Below are positions 1-9,547 of a stretch of DNA of 29,806 nt, piece by piece. Source of the stretch: Pseudomonadota bacterium (GTDB taxonomy: Bacteria; UBA10199; 2-02-FULL-44-16; JBDRGF01). Made by a program: the position numbers and the translations under genes. Under the pieces are notes generated by a model. It had not been told where the DNA came from. It saw only the letters and a program-made list of their open reading frames with translations, and did no database searches. The number at the start of each line of letters is the position of its first letter. Positions within the stretch are counted from its first letter, which is position 1. Location of the stretch: NCBI GenBank assembly GCA_043818055.1, contig JBDRGF010000131.1:1-29806 (forward strand). The letters are read 5' to 3'.

Positions 1-84
1 TACGAGCAGTCTTTTTTGCTTCTCGTTAAGAGAGGGCAGCAAAATTGACAGTTTTTCTTTTAATTTTCCATCCCATAGAATCAT
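1..84 (-). CDS. N-terminus of a probable ISAzo13-family transposase (runs off the window edge)
   Basis: Hand translation of the minus strand from ATG at 84 gives MILWDGKLKEKLSILLPSLNEKQKRLLV, immediately preceded by AGGGGA. This resembles the LPxLNE(K/R)QxRL N-terminus of ISAzo13 transposases. Not in the ORF track. Confidence 0.65.
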   Translation of the reverse strand, partial: MILWDGKLKEKLSILLPSLNEKQKRLLV

Positions 85-138
85 TCCCCTGATTATATCA
101 GATTATCAAAGAACCTCAAGTTATTTTGTGACAGCTCC
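1..138 (-). mobile_element. Left end of a probable ISAzo13-like IS
   Basis: Minus strand GGAGCTGTCACAAAATAA (138-121) resembles ISAzo13-type termini as I recall them and lies about 40 bp upstream of the transposase start. The partner end is outside the window. Confidence 0.55.
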
Positions 139-583
139 TAAACTCAGAAATCAATTTATCAAATCTGTCGGGAATGTCTCTGACCAGGGTAAACCGGTCA
201 CCTTCCATAGATTGCGTCACACTTTTGCCACTTCTCTACTCTCCGCTGGCGTCAGCATCGTCTCAATTATGAAACTCTTAGGTCATAGAAAAATTGAAAT
301 GTCTCTCAGATATGCCAAAATCACTCCTTCTCACCTTAGAAATGAATATCTCAACGCCATTGACTCTCTTGAAAAAAAGTGGACTCCTAACCGCTCTCTC
401 TTGCCTGTTGAAAATTCTCAATCGGTTAAACCTGCTTCCTTAATCTCCCAGCTAAAATCCTTTGTTGATAAGGCCGCCATCATGGATTATCACCATAAAA
501 AAACCCTCCTCCGCAGACTCTCGCGTCTTCATAAAACTCTCGCCTCCATCTCTTTCTCCCTAAAATTTATACCTCATCTCTAG
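128..583 (+). pseudogene. C-terminal part of a tyrosine recombinase/integrase, probably interrupted by the IS
   Basis: HRLRHTFAT...LLGH...SLRY (H-x-x-R, H and Y catalytic residues) is present. The first catalytic Arg box and the core-binding domain are missing, and the GTG start lies within the putative IS end. Confidence 0.8.
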
Positions 584-668
584 CCACTCACACGTGACTC
601 GATTAGCCGGTTAATTGCCTTATAATTAAATTAAACAACCGCCCCCCACCTTTGCTATGGGGGTTAGG

Positions 669-2198
669 TTACAATGTTGTCTTTTTCTTCTGACTTGGCG
701 CACGCATGGTTCTAAGTAAATCCCGAAAGTCATCACTTTTTTCCATATCGTCAATAAGTGAAGGGCGCCTAAGAGTTACGATTGGGAATCGATAAAATTG
801 AAATGAAAGGCTTGTCCCACGTTTAATTCCCTCCCGCTTTTTAAATGCACGCAGATTTTTATTTTTCGGGTCGATGTTTTTTAAAACCCACCCAGCAGCA
901 ATTCTGATATTTCTATTCTCATCTTTCAAAAATCTAACCATATATGGAACAATGGTCCTTTTTTCCTCCTTGAACGACTTAAGTCCTACAATTGCACCTA
1001 TCCTGACTTTCCAATTTTTATCTCTAAGAGATTTGAGCAGTGTCTTGTATAATATACTCTTTGGCAGAAGTGGTTTAAGTCTTTTTGAGAATCTAAAAAC
1101 TATGGCACGAAATGTTACTTTTGGATCATTCAGTGTACGTTTCACCAACTTCGCCGCGTATCTCTCTTGAGGAGCAAAGAGCAATAAAACCATAAAGGCA
1201 AAGTATTTTTTTTCTAAATTACTTCTCTTCAAACATCTTTCTATCAAGTTTGGATTTAGTTTCCCAGCTATTCCCATTGTGCGAAGCCTATGAAGAATCA
1301 CAAAAGCTATTCGGGCAACTATTGGTTCAGGGTCAGCGATGAGCTTTGATAGATCATAGACAATATTTTTGCATGCTGATTTTGATTTAGAACAGATTTT
1401 GTAATATCCATACGCTGCAGCTATGCGTTCACGCCACGCACGACTCACAAGCACTCTTTTAATAAACGGAAGCATCTTCGCTCCCAAATTTACAACTGCT
1501 GAAAGTGCTGGAGCGCGAACCTTGGACTCTACATCATTCAAAGCTACGACAAGAGCAGGAGCAGCATGAATAGCCTCATCTCCTATTGCTTCAAGCACCC
1601 AAGCAGCATAGAAACGCAAGCTCACATTCTTACTACTTGCAAGGGTAGTCGCCATCAAAGGTGCAAGCGCGGCAGAATTAAGCCTAACCCTCATCATAAG
1701 CTCAACTTCAGCATTTCTTCTGGCTTTTGCTTCAAGCTTTTTATTTCCGATAGCATCGTAAAGAGAAAATATGTTGTGAAAAATCTGTGGAGCAATTTCA
1801 ACCAAAGCTAAGCGAGCGCCCTTACTAACTAAACTATTACTATCGTGCAGAGCCTTCAATAAATTCGGTATGGCTTTTTTCGCCTTTGCACCTAGTCTTC
1901 CTAGCTCCTTTACTGCCTTAGTGCGAACTGTAGCGTTTTTATGGCTGAGTTTTCCTATCAAGCGCGCAACTTGTACATTTACACTTACTTTAGCAGCAGT
2001 TTTTTTCTTTTGTGTACTTACTGTTCTCTTAGAGCTTAGACAGTTACAACCACACTGCGGCTTGTTGACCCAACCGAAGGTCGGGACTCTCTTCTTTTTC
2101 TTCCTTGCTACTTTGAAACTCTTTGGCCGTGTCGGTAAATGTGCTTTTCTGAACTTTGAAAAACTCGGCATGATATTTTTTGCCGGGGGCAATGCCAT
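669..2198 (-). CDS. HEAT/PBS-lyase-like repeat protein with a very basic N-terminus
   Basis: Repeated units such as VRTKAVKELGRLG, AIPNLLKALHD, LVVALNDVESKVR, LRDKNWKVRIGA and LKDENRNIRIAA. SD AGGAGG upstream of the ATG. Confidence 0.85.
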   Translation of the reverse strand: MALPPAKNIMPSFSKFRKAHLPTRPKSFKVARKKKKRVPTFGWVNKPQCGCNCLSSKRTVSTQKKKTAAKVSVNVQVARLIGKLSHKNATVRTKAVKELGRLGAKAKKAIPNLLKALHDSNSLVSKGARLALVEIAPQIFHNIFSLYDAIGNKKLEAKARRNAEVELMMRVRLNSAALAPLMATTLASSKNVSLRFYAAWVLEAIGDEAIHAAPALVVALNDVESKVRAPALSAVVNLGAKMLPFIKRVLVSRAWRERIAAAYGYYKICSKSKSACKNIVYDLSKLIADPEPIVARIAFVILHRLRTMGIAGKLNPNLIERCLKRSNLEKKYFAFMVLLLFAPQERYAAKLVKRTLNDPKVTFRAIVFRFSKRLKPLLPKSILYKTLLKSLRDKNWKVRIGAIVGLKSFKEEKRTIVPYMVRFLKDENRNIRIAAGWVLKNIDPKNKNLRAFKKREGIKRGTSLSFQFYRFPIVTLRRPSLIDDMEKSDDFRDLLRTMRAPSQKKKTTL

Positions 2199-2510
2199 CT
2201 GAACCTCCTTGTTGTCACGCTATGAGCCTTGTTCTATAAACATCTCCCTGGGAAAGGTCAAGGACAACGCTGGATATTCTCACCCTTAATAAGGACTTCA
2301 GTTATCCGGTTTTTTGGACTAGATCCCCTCCCACCGCGTAGGTATGAAGGGCGGATATTATTTTAATTCAACTTTTCGAACAATTGAACAAATTATCAAC
2401 AATGTGAACAGTTAAAATTTTTGCTCGTCTTCATAAACATAGGAATCCTAAGACTTACAGCCATCAAGACATTTGGCATAATACTTGTATTATAAATATG
2501 CACCAGACGT

Positions 2511-2540
2511 TTGGATAAAAAATAATTGGATAAAAAATAA
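2511..2540. repeat. Perfect 15-bp tandem duplication TTGGATAAAAAATAA x2
   Basis: Read directly from the sequence, 17 bp left of the IS30 end. Confidence 0.9.
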
Positions 2541-2557
2541 AAGGAGAAAAATATGAA

Positions 2558-3598
2558 GCCTGAATTCAACCAGGAAATGCCCCACGTAGTTTGTTGAAGA
2601 CCTCGGTGGGTGTTTGGAAACCCAAACACTTCCGTGGTCTGTTGTTCAATCGTCGTTCGACAAAACGTATATCCTCTTTGCTAAGTTTCGCAATGTCCAT
2701 CTTCTTTGGAATGAAACGCCTAACTAACCCGATCGTATTTTCAACCGTACCCTTCTCCCAGCTACGATATGCCCCACAGAAAAAAGAATTTGTTTCGAGA
2801 GTTACATTTACCCGCTCATGTTGAGTGTTCTCAGATCCATTGTCATAAGTAATACTACATCGAACCGATTGCGGATAGTGAGACAAGCGTCTATTGATTG
2901 CCGTTCGTGTCTGTGATGCTGTCTTACGTTTAACCAATGTCAATTTTGTGTAACGGCTTTTGCGTTCAACTAGCACCTGTGTAGCAACTTTGCTTGCTCG
3001 AGAGAGCATCGTATCTGCTTCCCAATGCCCAAACTCTTTCCGCTGATTTACCGCTGTGGGACGCTCTGAAAGACTGATCCGGTTCGGTATATGCGACTTT
3101 CTATGTTTACGGCTGTGTCCTTTCTTCTGCCTCTGCTTATGCCGCCGAGGAAGATAGCCAATCAAATCTGTTCGCTTCTCATATATCCATCGGTAGATCG
3201 ATTCATGACTCGCCGTTAATGACTGACTCTTAAGCTTCAATCGACCGGCAATTAGCTCAGGCGACCAACCCTCTTTTAGTCGCTTCTCGATATCTCGTTG
3301 AAGCTTCAAGTTCTTAAGCCATTCCCGTTGTCCAGCAGCCTGTTTCCGCTCCTTAGCTCGCTCATGCGCTTTGTGGGGCAGATAATATCCTTGATATACC
3401 GGTGGAGCGTTTCTCAACAGCTCCCGTTCGATCGTTTTACGATCTCGTCCCATTAGTCGCCCAATCTCGCTAGGCCCTCGTCCTTCAGCCTTCATTATTG
3501 AAAGCTTCTCCCGTTCCTCCAAACTCAAATGCCTGTATCTCTTTTTCATACCCACCCCCTATCACACTAGGTGGGGCACTTCCTCTTTGAACTGAGGC
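2558..3598 (-). mobile_element. IS30-family insertion sequence (1041 bp)
   Basis: 28-bp imperfect terminal IRs: GCCTGAATTCAACCAGGAAATGCCCCAC (2558-2585) versus reverse complement GCCTCAGTTCAAAGAGGAAGTGCCCCAC (3571-3598), 23/28 identical. No clear target duplication. Confidence 0.92.
2566..3555 (-). CDS. IS30-family DDE transposase
   Basis: N-terminal HTH (HLSLEERE...TIERELLRN), GWSPELI, DDE motifs WEADT / TYDNGSE / WEKGTVEN, and LNNRPRKCLGFQTP. Confidence 0.97.
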   Translation of the reverse strand: MGMKKRYRHLSLEEREKLSIMKAEGRGPSEIGRLMGRDRKTIERELLRNAPPVYQGYYLPHKAHERAKERKQAAGQREWLKNLKLQRDIEKRLKEGWSPELIAGRLKLKSQSLTASHESIYRWIYEKRTDLIGYLPRRHKQRQKKGHSRKHRKSHIPNRISLSERPTAVNQRKEFGHWEADTMLSRASKVATQVLVERKSRYTKLTLVKRKTASQTRTAINRRLSHYPQSVRCSITYDNGSENTQHERVNVTLETNSFFCGAYRSWEKGTVENTIGLVRRFIPKKMDIAKLSKEDIRFVERRLNNRPRKCLGFQTPTEVFNKLRGAFPG

Positions 3599-3713
3599 AC
3601 CCTGCTTGTAAGAAATCCAAGTTAAAATTAAATCATCGACTACAAAGGTAGTTTTTTCTTGCAATTCACTATCTTAGCTGATAAATGCCGCAAGCTAAAA
3701 ATAAGGAGTTTAT

Positions 3714-3941
3714 ATGAGAGAGAATATTCATCCACAGAGCAAAGAGATTTCAGTCACATGCGCGTGCGGCAATGTAGTCAAAACTGTTTCTACACTTCAG
3801 GATAGCTTCAGCGTAGAAATATGTTCCGCGTGTCATCCTTTTTTCACTGGAAAACAAAAGCTGATCGACTCGGCTGGAAAAGTTGAAAGGTTCAAGAAGA
3901 AATACGAAAAGTTCAACGCCGCCAACGCTCAAAAGAAGTAA
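3714..3941 (+). CDS. rpmE: 50S ribosomal protein L31 (Zn-binding type)
   Basis: [20 protein letters not shown] motifs. SD AAGGAG. Confidence 0.98.
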   Translation: MRENIHPQSKEISVTCACGNVVKTVSTLQDSFSVEICSACHPFFTGKQKLIDSAGKVERFKKKYEKFNAANAQKK

Positions 3942-3969
3942 CACTTAATCCTAATAATATGGAAAACTG

Positions 3970-5040
3970 ATGTTTCAGGAACTTGAAAAGGTCGTACAGC
4001 GCTACAATGATCTCACCCAGAGACTATCCGAGCAGGGTCTTACAAAAAATCCTGATGAATTCAAAAAGGTGGGCAAAGAACACTCGGATTTAAAACCTAT
4101 AGTCGAATCCTACCAAAAATATAAAGAATTAAAACAGCAACTCGATGACAACAAAAAAATCATAGAGACCGAATCCGACGCAGATATCCGTGAGATGGCT
4201 TCCGAAGAGATCCCCGAAATTGAAAATAAACTGGAAAAAATCGAAGAGGAGCTGAAATTGCTCCTCCTGCCCAAAGACCCCAGGGATGACAAGAACGTCA
4301 TCCTCGAAATAAGAGCGGGAACCGGCGGAGACGAGGCTGCCCTCTTCGGCGCAGACCTCTTCCGCATGTATCAGCGCTACGCTGAGCTCAGAAGATGGAA
4401 ACTTGAAATTCTAAGCAACAGCCCGACAGGCAAGGGTGGATTCAAAGAGATCATCGCTTCGATTAGCGGCGATAAGGTCTTCAGCTATATGAAATATGAG
4501 AGCGGCGTCCATCGCGTTCAGAGGGTCCCCGAGACCGAAGCAAGCGGTCGTATTCATACATCGGCTGCGACTGTCGTAGTTCTTCCGGAAGCTGACGAAA
4601 TTGATATTTCAATTGACCCCAAGGATTTGAGAATTGATGTCTTTCGTTCATCAGGCCCGGGCGGACAGAGCGTAAATACTACCGACTCGGCGGTCAGGGT
4701 CACATATATCCCGACCAACCTCGTCGTCATCTGTCAGGATGAAAAGTCGCAGCATAAGAATAAAGCGAAGGCGCTCAAGGTACTACGCTCGAGACTATAT
4801 GAACAGGCGCTCGAAGAGGAAGAAAAGAAGATGTCGTCAGAGCGAAGGGCTATGGTCTCCACGGGAGACAGAAGCGCCAAGATCAGGACATATAACTTTC
4901 CACAGAACCGCGTGACCGATCATCGGATCGGCTTGTCGCTGCACAACTTAAGCGCGATAATGGAAGGCGAACTCGATACATTGATCGACCACATGCGTGC
5001 TCATTTTCAGGCTTTGGCGTTAAAAGGGAATGATGAGTAA
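3970..5040 (+). CDS. prfA: Peptide chain release factor 1
   Basis: GGQ motif, PxT (PET) motif, EIRAGTGGDEA, IRTYNFPQNRVTDHRI. Confidence 0.98.
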   Translation: MFQELEKVVQRYNDLTQRLSEQGLTKNPDEFKKVGKEHSDLKPIVESYQKYKELKQQLDDNKKIIETESDADIREMASEEIPEIENKLEKIEEELKLLLLPKDPRDDKNVILEIRAGTGGDEAALFGADLFRMYQRYAELRRWKLEILSNSPTGKGGFKEIIASISGDKVFSYMKYESGVHRVQRVPETEASGRIHTSAATVVVLPEADEIDISIDPKDLRIDVFRSSGPGGQSVNTTDSAVRVTYIPTNLVVICQDEKSQHKNKAKALKVLRSRLYEQALEEEEKKMSSERRAMVSTGDRSAKIRTYNFPQNRVTDHRIGLSLHNLSAIMEGELDTLIDHMRAHFQALALKGNDE

Positions 5041-5890
5041 CCCAATCTTTTCAGCGATAGATAAAGCTACAGAGATTTTCGACAAGGCAGGGATTGAAAC
5101 CTCGCGTCTCGATGCCGAAATCCTTCTTGCGCATACCCTTGGAATCGAAAGATCCGAACTCTATTTTTCCACTACATCATTGCCTCAAGAAAAACTCAGT
5201 CAGTTTCAAAAATATTGCGAACGGCGAAAACTGCGCGAGCCCATCTCATATATCACCGGCGTGAAGGAGTTCTGGTCGATCCCGATTAAGGTGACTAGAG
5301 ATGTTCTGATACCACGTCCTGAAACTGAACTCCTTATAGAGACAGTATTAAAAAAATTTCCAACTAAGAATGAATCTTTTTTCATACTCGACCTCGGTGG
5401 TGGAAGCGGCTGCATCTGCGCCGCCCTCGCAAAGGAATATCCAAACTCCCTACTCACACTAATGGATGTATCAAAACGAGCCTTAGACATAGCCAGCGAA
5501 AACCTCACGTTTGTCAAAAAGAGGATTGAATTCATCGAGTGCGATATCCTCGGAGAGCTCCCAATAAAAACCAAATTCGATCTGATCGTATCCAATCCTC
5601 CATATATTCCGACGAAGGATTTCGATTCGTTATCAGATGATGTGAGAGAATATGAACCTGAGCTCGCCCTGCTAGCCGGTGAGGATGGGTTGATCTATTT
5701 CCGACGTTTGATCGACATTGCAAAGATGCATCTCAAAAATGGCGGTTATCTCATCTTCGAAATTGGCTTTGATCAGCATGAATCGATAAAAAAGCTGCTT
5801 TACGAAAACTCAATTTTTAGCGATATAGAGTTCTCAAAGGATCTTGCAGGAATCGAAAGGAGTGTGGCTGTTCGATGGAAAAACTCGTAA
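5030..5890 (+). CDS. prmC: Release factor glutamine methyltransferase
   Basis: LIPRPETE, LDLGGGSG and NPPY motifs; follows prfA. Confidence 0.96.
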   Translation: MMSNPIFSAIDKATEIFDKAGIETSRLDAEILLAHTLGIERSELYFSTTSLPQEKLSQFQKYCERRKLREPISYITGVKEFWSIPIKVTRDVLIPRPETELLIETVLKKFPTKNESFFILDLGGGSGCICAALAKEYPNSLLTLMDVSKRALDIASENLTFVKKRIEFIECDILGELPIKTKFDLIVSNPPYIPTKDFDSLSDDVREYEPELALLAGEDGLIYFRRLIDIAKMHLKNGGYLIFEIGFDQHESIKKLLYENSIFSDIEFSKDLAGIERSVAVRWKNS

Positions 5891-7125
5891 TCAATGGTGG
5901 AAAAGAACTGCACGGAACCGTTAAGGTGAGCGGGGCTAAGAATGCTGCGCTCCCAATAATGGCCGCATCCTTACTCTCAACTGGAAATCACAGGTTGAAA
6001 AATATTCCGCAGCTCAGAGACATCCAGACGATGAAGAGGCTCCTCGAACACAACGGCGCTATCATTGAGTCAGATGCTGACGGAATGAATATCTCAACTG
6101 GAAAGTTTAACACCAACGAAGCGCCATACGATCTTGTTAAAACAATGAGGGCATCTGTTTTAGTATTGGGCCCTCTCATCGCTATGTTGAGACGGGCCAG
6201 AGTCTCCCTTCCGGGTGGATGCGCTATCGGAGCCAGGCCGATCAACCTCCATCTCGCAGCCCTTGAAAAGATGGGTACGAAAATTGAGCTGAAAGAGGGA
6301 TATGTCGAGCTCTTCGCGAGGCATCTGCATGGGGCCGAAATTGAATTCGAGCTTGTGACCGTGACAGGCACTGAGAATATAATGATGGCGGCATCCCTGG
6401 CCGATGGAGTTACAACTCTCAAAAACGCAGCTTTGGAACCCGAGGTGGTCGATCTTGCAAACTATCTGAAAAGTATGGGTGCAAAAATCGAAGGGGCCGG
6501 AACTGATACGATCAGGATTGAAGGGGTTGACAAACTTCACCCCGCCGAACATTCGATCATCCCGGACAGGATCGAAGCGGGATCGCTGGCCGTAGCTGTT
6601 GCCCTGTGTGGAGGAGAGGTCAAGATAATAAACTTTCCGTACAATTTTCTTGAGACTCCGGTCAACAGATTGAGAGAGGCCGGCGTTGATGTTGAGAAAT
6701 GCGATGATGGAGTTATAGTCAAAAGAACAGGCAACCTCAAAAGTGTGGACATAATCACCTCTCCATATCCGGGATTTCCCACAGATCTTCAGGCGCAGTT
6801 CATGACCCTGATGACGAAGGCAAAGGGAATCAGCAGGATTGAGGAGACAATCTTCGAGAACAGGTTCATGCACGTACAGGAACTAGCGCGCATGGGGGCG
6901 AAGATCGATACAGACGGAGGCCTTGCGACTGTGATAGGTCAGAACGAACTTACCGGTGCCCCAGTTATGGCAACAGACTTGAGGGCATCTGTCTCGCTAG
7001 TCATCGCAGCACTTGCAGCTAAAGGAACTAGCGAAATTCACAGGATCTATCACCTTGACAGAGGATACGAAAGAATAGAGGAGAAATTGACTAAACTGGG
7101 CGCGGATATTAAGAGAGTAAAATGA
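5875..7125 (+). CDS. murA: UDP-N-acetylglucosamine 1-carboxyvinyltransferase
   Basis: GAKNAALP, LPGGCAIGARP, PGFPTDLQ and HLDRGYE motifs. Confidence 0.98.
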   Translation: MEKLVINGGKELHGTVKVSGAKNAALPIMAASLLSTGNHRLKNIPQLRDIQTMKRLLEHNGAIIESDADGMNISTGKFNTNEAPYDLVKTMRASVLVLGPLIAMLRRARVSLPGGCAIGARPINLHLAALEKMGTKIELKEGYVELFARHLHGAEIEFELVTVTGTENIMMAASLADGVTTLKNAALEPEVVDLANYLKSMGAKIEGAGTDTIRIEGVDKLHPAEHSIIPDRIEAGSLAVAVALCGGEVKIINFPYNFLETPVNRLREAGVDVEKCDDGVIVKRTGNLKSVDIITSPYPGFPTDLQAQFMTLMTKAKGISRIEETIFENRFMHVQELARMGAKIDTDGGLATVIGQNELTGAPVMATDLRASVSLVIAALAAKGTSEIHRIYHLDRGYERIEEKLTKLGADIKRVK

Positions 7126-7168
7126 TTCTTTAACAACATGCGTTCGTTAACTTAACAAGAGAATCAAA

Positions 7169-8227
7169 ATGAAAATAGGCAACTCATTTTCCCATTATTT
7201 TTTTCGAACACTATCAACAAAAAACGGGATCGAATTCGATCTTCCAATATCGCCAGATAATGCTGCATTTGTTGCTGCATCACGTTTACGGTCTATATGC
7301 AACAAGGATCGAAGACCGGCACAGAAGCTCATTTTAGAAGCACTCAAGCGCCTAAAAACTACACCTTCCAGCCCCATCGAAATTCCAGAACAACATGAAA
7401 TTTTGATCTTCATAAAATCAATCTGGGAGCATGGCAATGGAATCAAAATTGGAGACGGGTTTTTTTGGAAAATGTTAAACAAGTTTCACGATCTATACGA
7501 GGCGAATGATGATATATTGCTGGCCATTCCGATAGCAGAAAACCTGAAAATAATGCACCTCGAAAACAGAAAACAGGCACAAAAGGTAATCGTATGTTAT
7601 CAAAATATGGAATTAGCCCTTGAGCACGCAGATTTCCTTATTGAAAATCAAAGAATTTTCGAAGCAGCCACGTGGTTTGATAAGGTGCTCCAAAACTTCT
7701 CTAATTTTCATCTCACCAAACCAAACAGCGATGCCTACTACTTCAACTTCTGGGATTATACTTTCCAGGCAAACCTTTATCTAAAAGAATTTTCCAAAGC
7801 AAGAAGAGCTATTGAACATTATGAACGAGGCATTTTGGATCTTGAAAAACGCACAGATATACAAGAGACTAAATCTCCACACAGGCTGATAGCAGCATCG
7901 CAATATTTCTCACTTTCTAAAGAAAAGATAACAGCCTTCCTGACAAGGCGATTGATTAATTATGGCGAAAAAAAGGGACTAAAGCTGCTCTCACAAACAA
8001 ATTTATTTAACCGTTTAGGACTTTCAGACTTTGTGCAACAGGGATGTTTTCATCTTTTAAGAGGACAATTTGAAGAGAATGATCTAGAGGTATATATAGA
8101 TTCCCCATATTACTGTAGAAATGTTAGCGTGCTCATGAATGCAAACCCCAGAAAACAAGCATCTGCTTTAAAAAGAGAACTGCTAGCTATCGCTGTCGAG
8201 GAGGCTTTACATTTTTATAAGTTGTAG
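7169..8227 (+). CDS. Hypothetical helical (possibly TPR-like) protein, paralogue of 8272-9279
   Basis: 352-aa ORF sharing blocks with its neighbour: KVIVCYQNMELALEHADFLI versus KVIVKHQNLDLATKHLEYLI. Confidence 0.8.
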   Translation: MKIGNSFSHYFFRTLSTKNGIEFDLPISPDNAAFVAASRLRSICNKDRRPAQKLILEALKRLKTTPSSPIEIPEQHEILIFIKSIWEHGNGIKIGDGFFWKMLNKFHDLYEANDDILLAIPIAENLKIMHLENRKQAQKVIVCYQNMELALEHADFLIENQRIFEAATWFDKVLQNFSNFHLTKPNSDAYYFNFWDYTFQANLYLKEFSKARRAIEHYERGILDLEKRTDIQETKSPHRLIAASQYFSLSKEKITAFLTRRLINYGEKKGLKLLSQTNLFNRLGLSDFVQQGCFHLLRGQFEENDLEVYIDSPYYCRNVSVLMNANPRKQASALKRELLAIAVEEALHFYKL

Positions 8228-8237
8228 ATTTATGTTA

Positions 8238-8264
8238 GCAACTTTTTTTAGAGTCGTTCGATAA
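8238..8264 (+). promoter_or_regulatory. Putative sigma-28-like promoter GCAAC-N15-TCGATAA
   Basis: 7 nt before ATG 8272; the motif recurs five times in the window. Confidence 0.7.
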
Positions 8265-8271
8265 TACAGAC

Positions 8272-9279
8272 ATGAATATTATATCCAATACAAGAAATAT
8301 TGCGGGAAACTTCTTCAAACAGCTCTCATGCAAGCGAATAGTGTGCGACGTTCCCCATACAAGCTTTCACGCAGCCAGAGAGACTATAACGCAAATAAAC
8401 TCTGGTGATACAGAGTTTGCAAAAGATTTTCTGTTATCAGCCATCACAAAGATGGGATTTCATGTTTCAGGAGCCCCTGTCTTCAGAAGTCCATATGAAT
8501 ATGAGGAGTATAAAGTTTACTATATTGAAGTTCTGACCGACTCTGAACTTCCGTATGAAATATATTATGAAATCTTAGATAGATTCTACATGCTCAATTT
8601 TAAAACAATCCCACAAATCCACAAAGAGGATCTGGATAGTGTCAAAAAAATCATCCATGAAGAGCTAGCAAACAAGACGGAAAAAGTGATAGTCAAACAT
8701 CAGAATCTTGATCTGGCAACAAAACATCTGGAATATCTTATATCACACACGAAATTTGATAAAGCGCTGGTATGGTCGAAAATTATTCATAACTCCATCG
8801 AGAAATGGGAATTATCGACCCCTGATAAAATCGATTATCTGGACTTTTTATATATGGATTTTTCAATCCACACCGCTCTTGGAAATTATATAGAATGCCA
8901 AAAAGTGATAAAGAATTTTTTCAAATTCTTGCAGACAATATCGAGTATTCAAGAAGTTCAGCAACATGACTTCAAAGGTACAATTGCGTCCATGCTTTTA
9001 TCTTTCTTTAAAGAAAAAATCAAAGATGATCTTCTCGATGACAAAGATGAACAGCATATAATCAGTTCCTACAGAGATAGAAGGGGAATTACAAGAGCTA
9101 TAGAATACCTTGAGGAAGTTTCCTGTCACATAAATGAGCAAAAGATTATGATATCCCTTGAACCTGAAAAAAGCGAGATGGACTTTTTTGCTGGAGATAA
9201 TGCAGAGTATGTAATTATGAATCTTATTGCTATAGCAAGGCAAGAAAATTCACAACAGTCAGATAAACACATAAATTAA
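8272..9279 (+). CDS. Hypothetical helical protein, paralogue of 7169-8227
   Basis: 335-aa ORF. FFKQLS versus FFRTLS near the N-terminus; LIAIA versus LLAIA near the C-terminus. Confidence 0.8.
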   Translation: MNIISNTRNIAGNFFKQLSCKRIVCDVPHTSFHAARETITQINSGDTEFAKDFLLSAITKMGFHVSGAPVFRSPYEYEEYKVYYIEVLTDSELPYEIYYEILDRFYMLNFKTIPQIHKEDLDSVKKIIHEELANKTEKVIVKHQNLDLATKHLEYLISHTKFDKALVWSKIIHNSIEKWELSTPDKIDYLDFLYMDFSIHTALGNYIECQKVIKNFFKFLQTISSIQEVQQHDFKGTIASMLLSFFKEKIKDDLLDDKDEQHIISSYRDRRGITRAIEYLEEVSCHINEQKIMISLEPEKSEMDFFAGDNAEYVIMNLIAIARQENSQQSDKHIN

Positions 9280-9285
9280 CCTATT

Positions 9286-9458
9286 GGCACCTCTAAAAAC
9301 TTGTATTTTCCGCCTGTCATCCCTGCGCAGGCAGTGATCCAAATTTGGCTAATACCTATCAATACTGGATCCCCGCCGGAGTTTACCCCGTACTTGTTGC
9401 GGGGCGGGGATCGCACGAAGAACAAAAAGAACAAAACAAAGTAGTTTTTAGAGGTGCC
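9286..9458. mobile_element. MITE-like element, copy 1 (inverted relative to 25398-25549)
   Basis: Terminal IR GGCACCTCTAAAAAC...GTTTTTAGAGGTGCC with internal REP-like hairpins. Near-identical to the second copy. Confidence 0.88.
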
Positions 9459-9547
9459 CCTATAATATTCCAATTCAATCCACTTGAATCGTTTTCCAAT
9501 GACTGGTATATTTCCCTCCACAACAGTTTCGATCAAAGGGGGGACAA

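Noticed and set aside
2541..3611. AAGGAG + ATG just left of IS30 as a disrupted gene
   Set aside because: Removing the IS gives only ATG AAA CCC TGC TTG TAA (5 codons).
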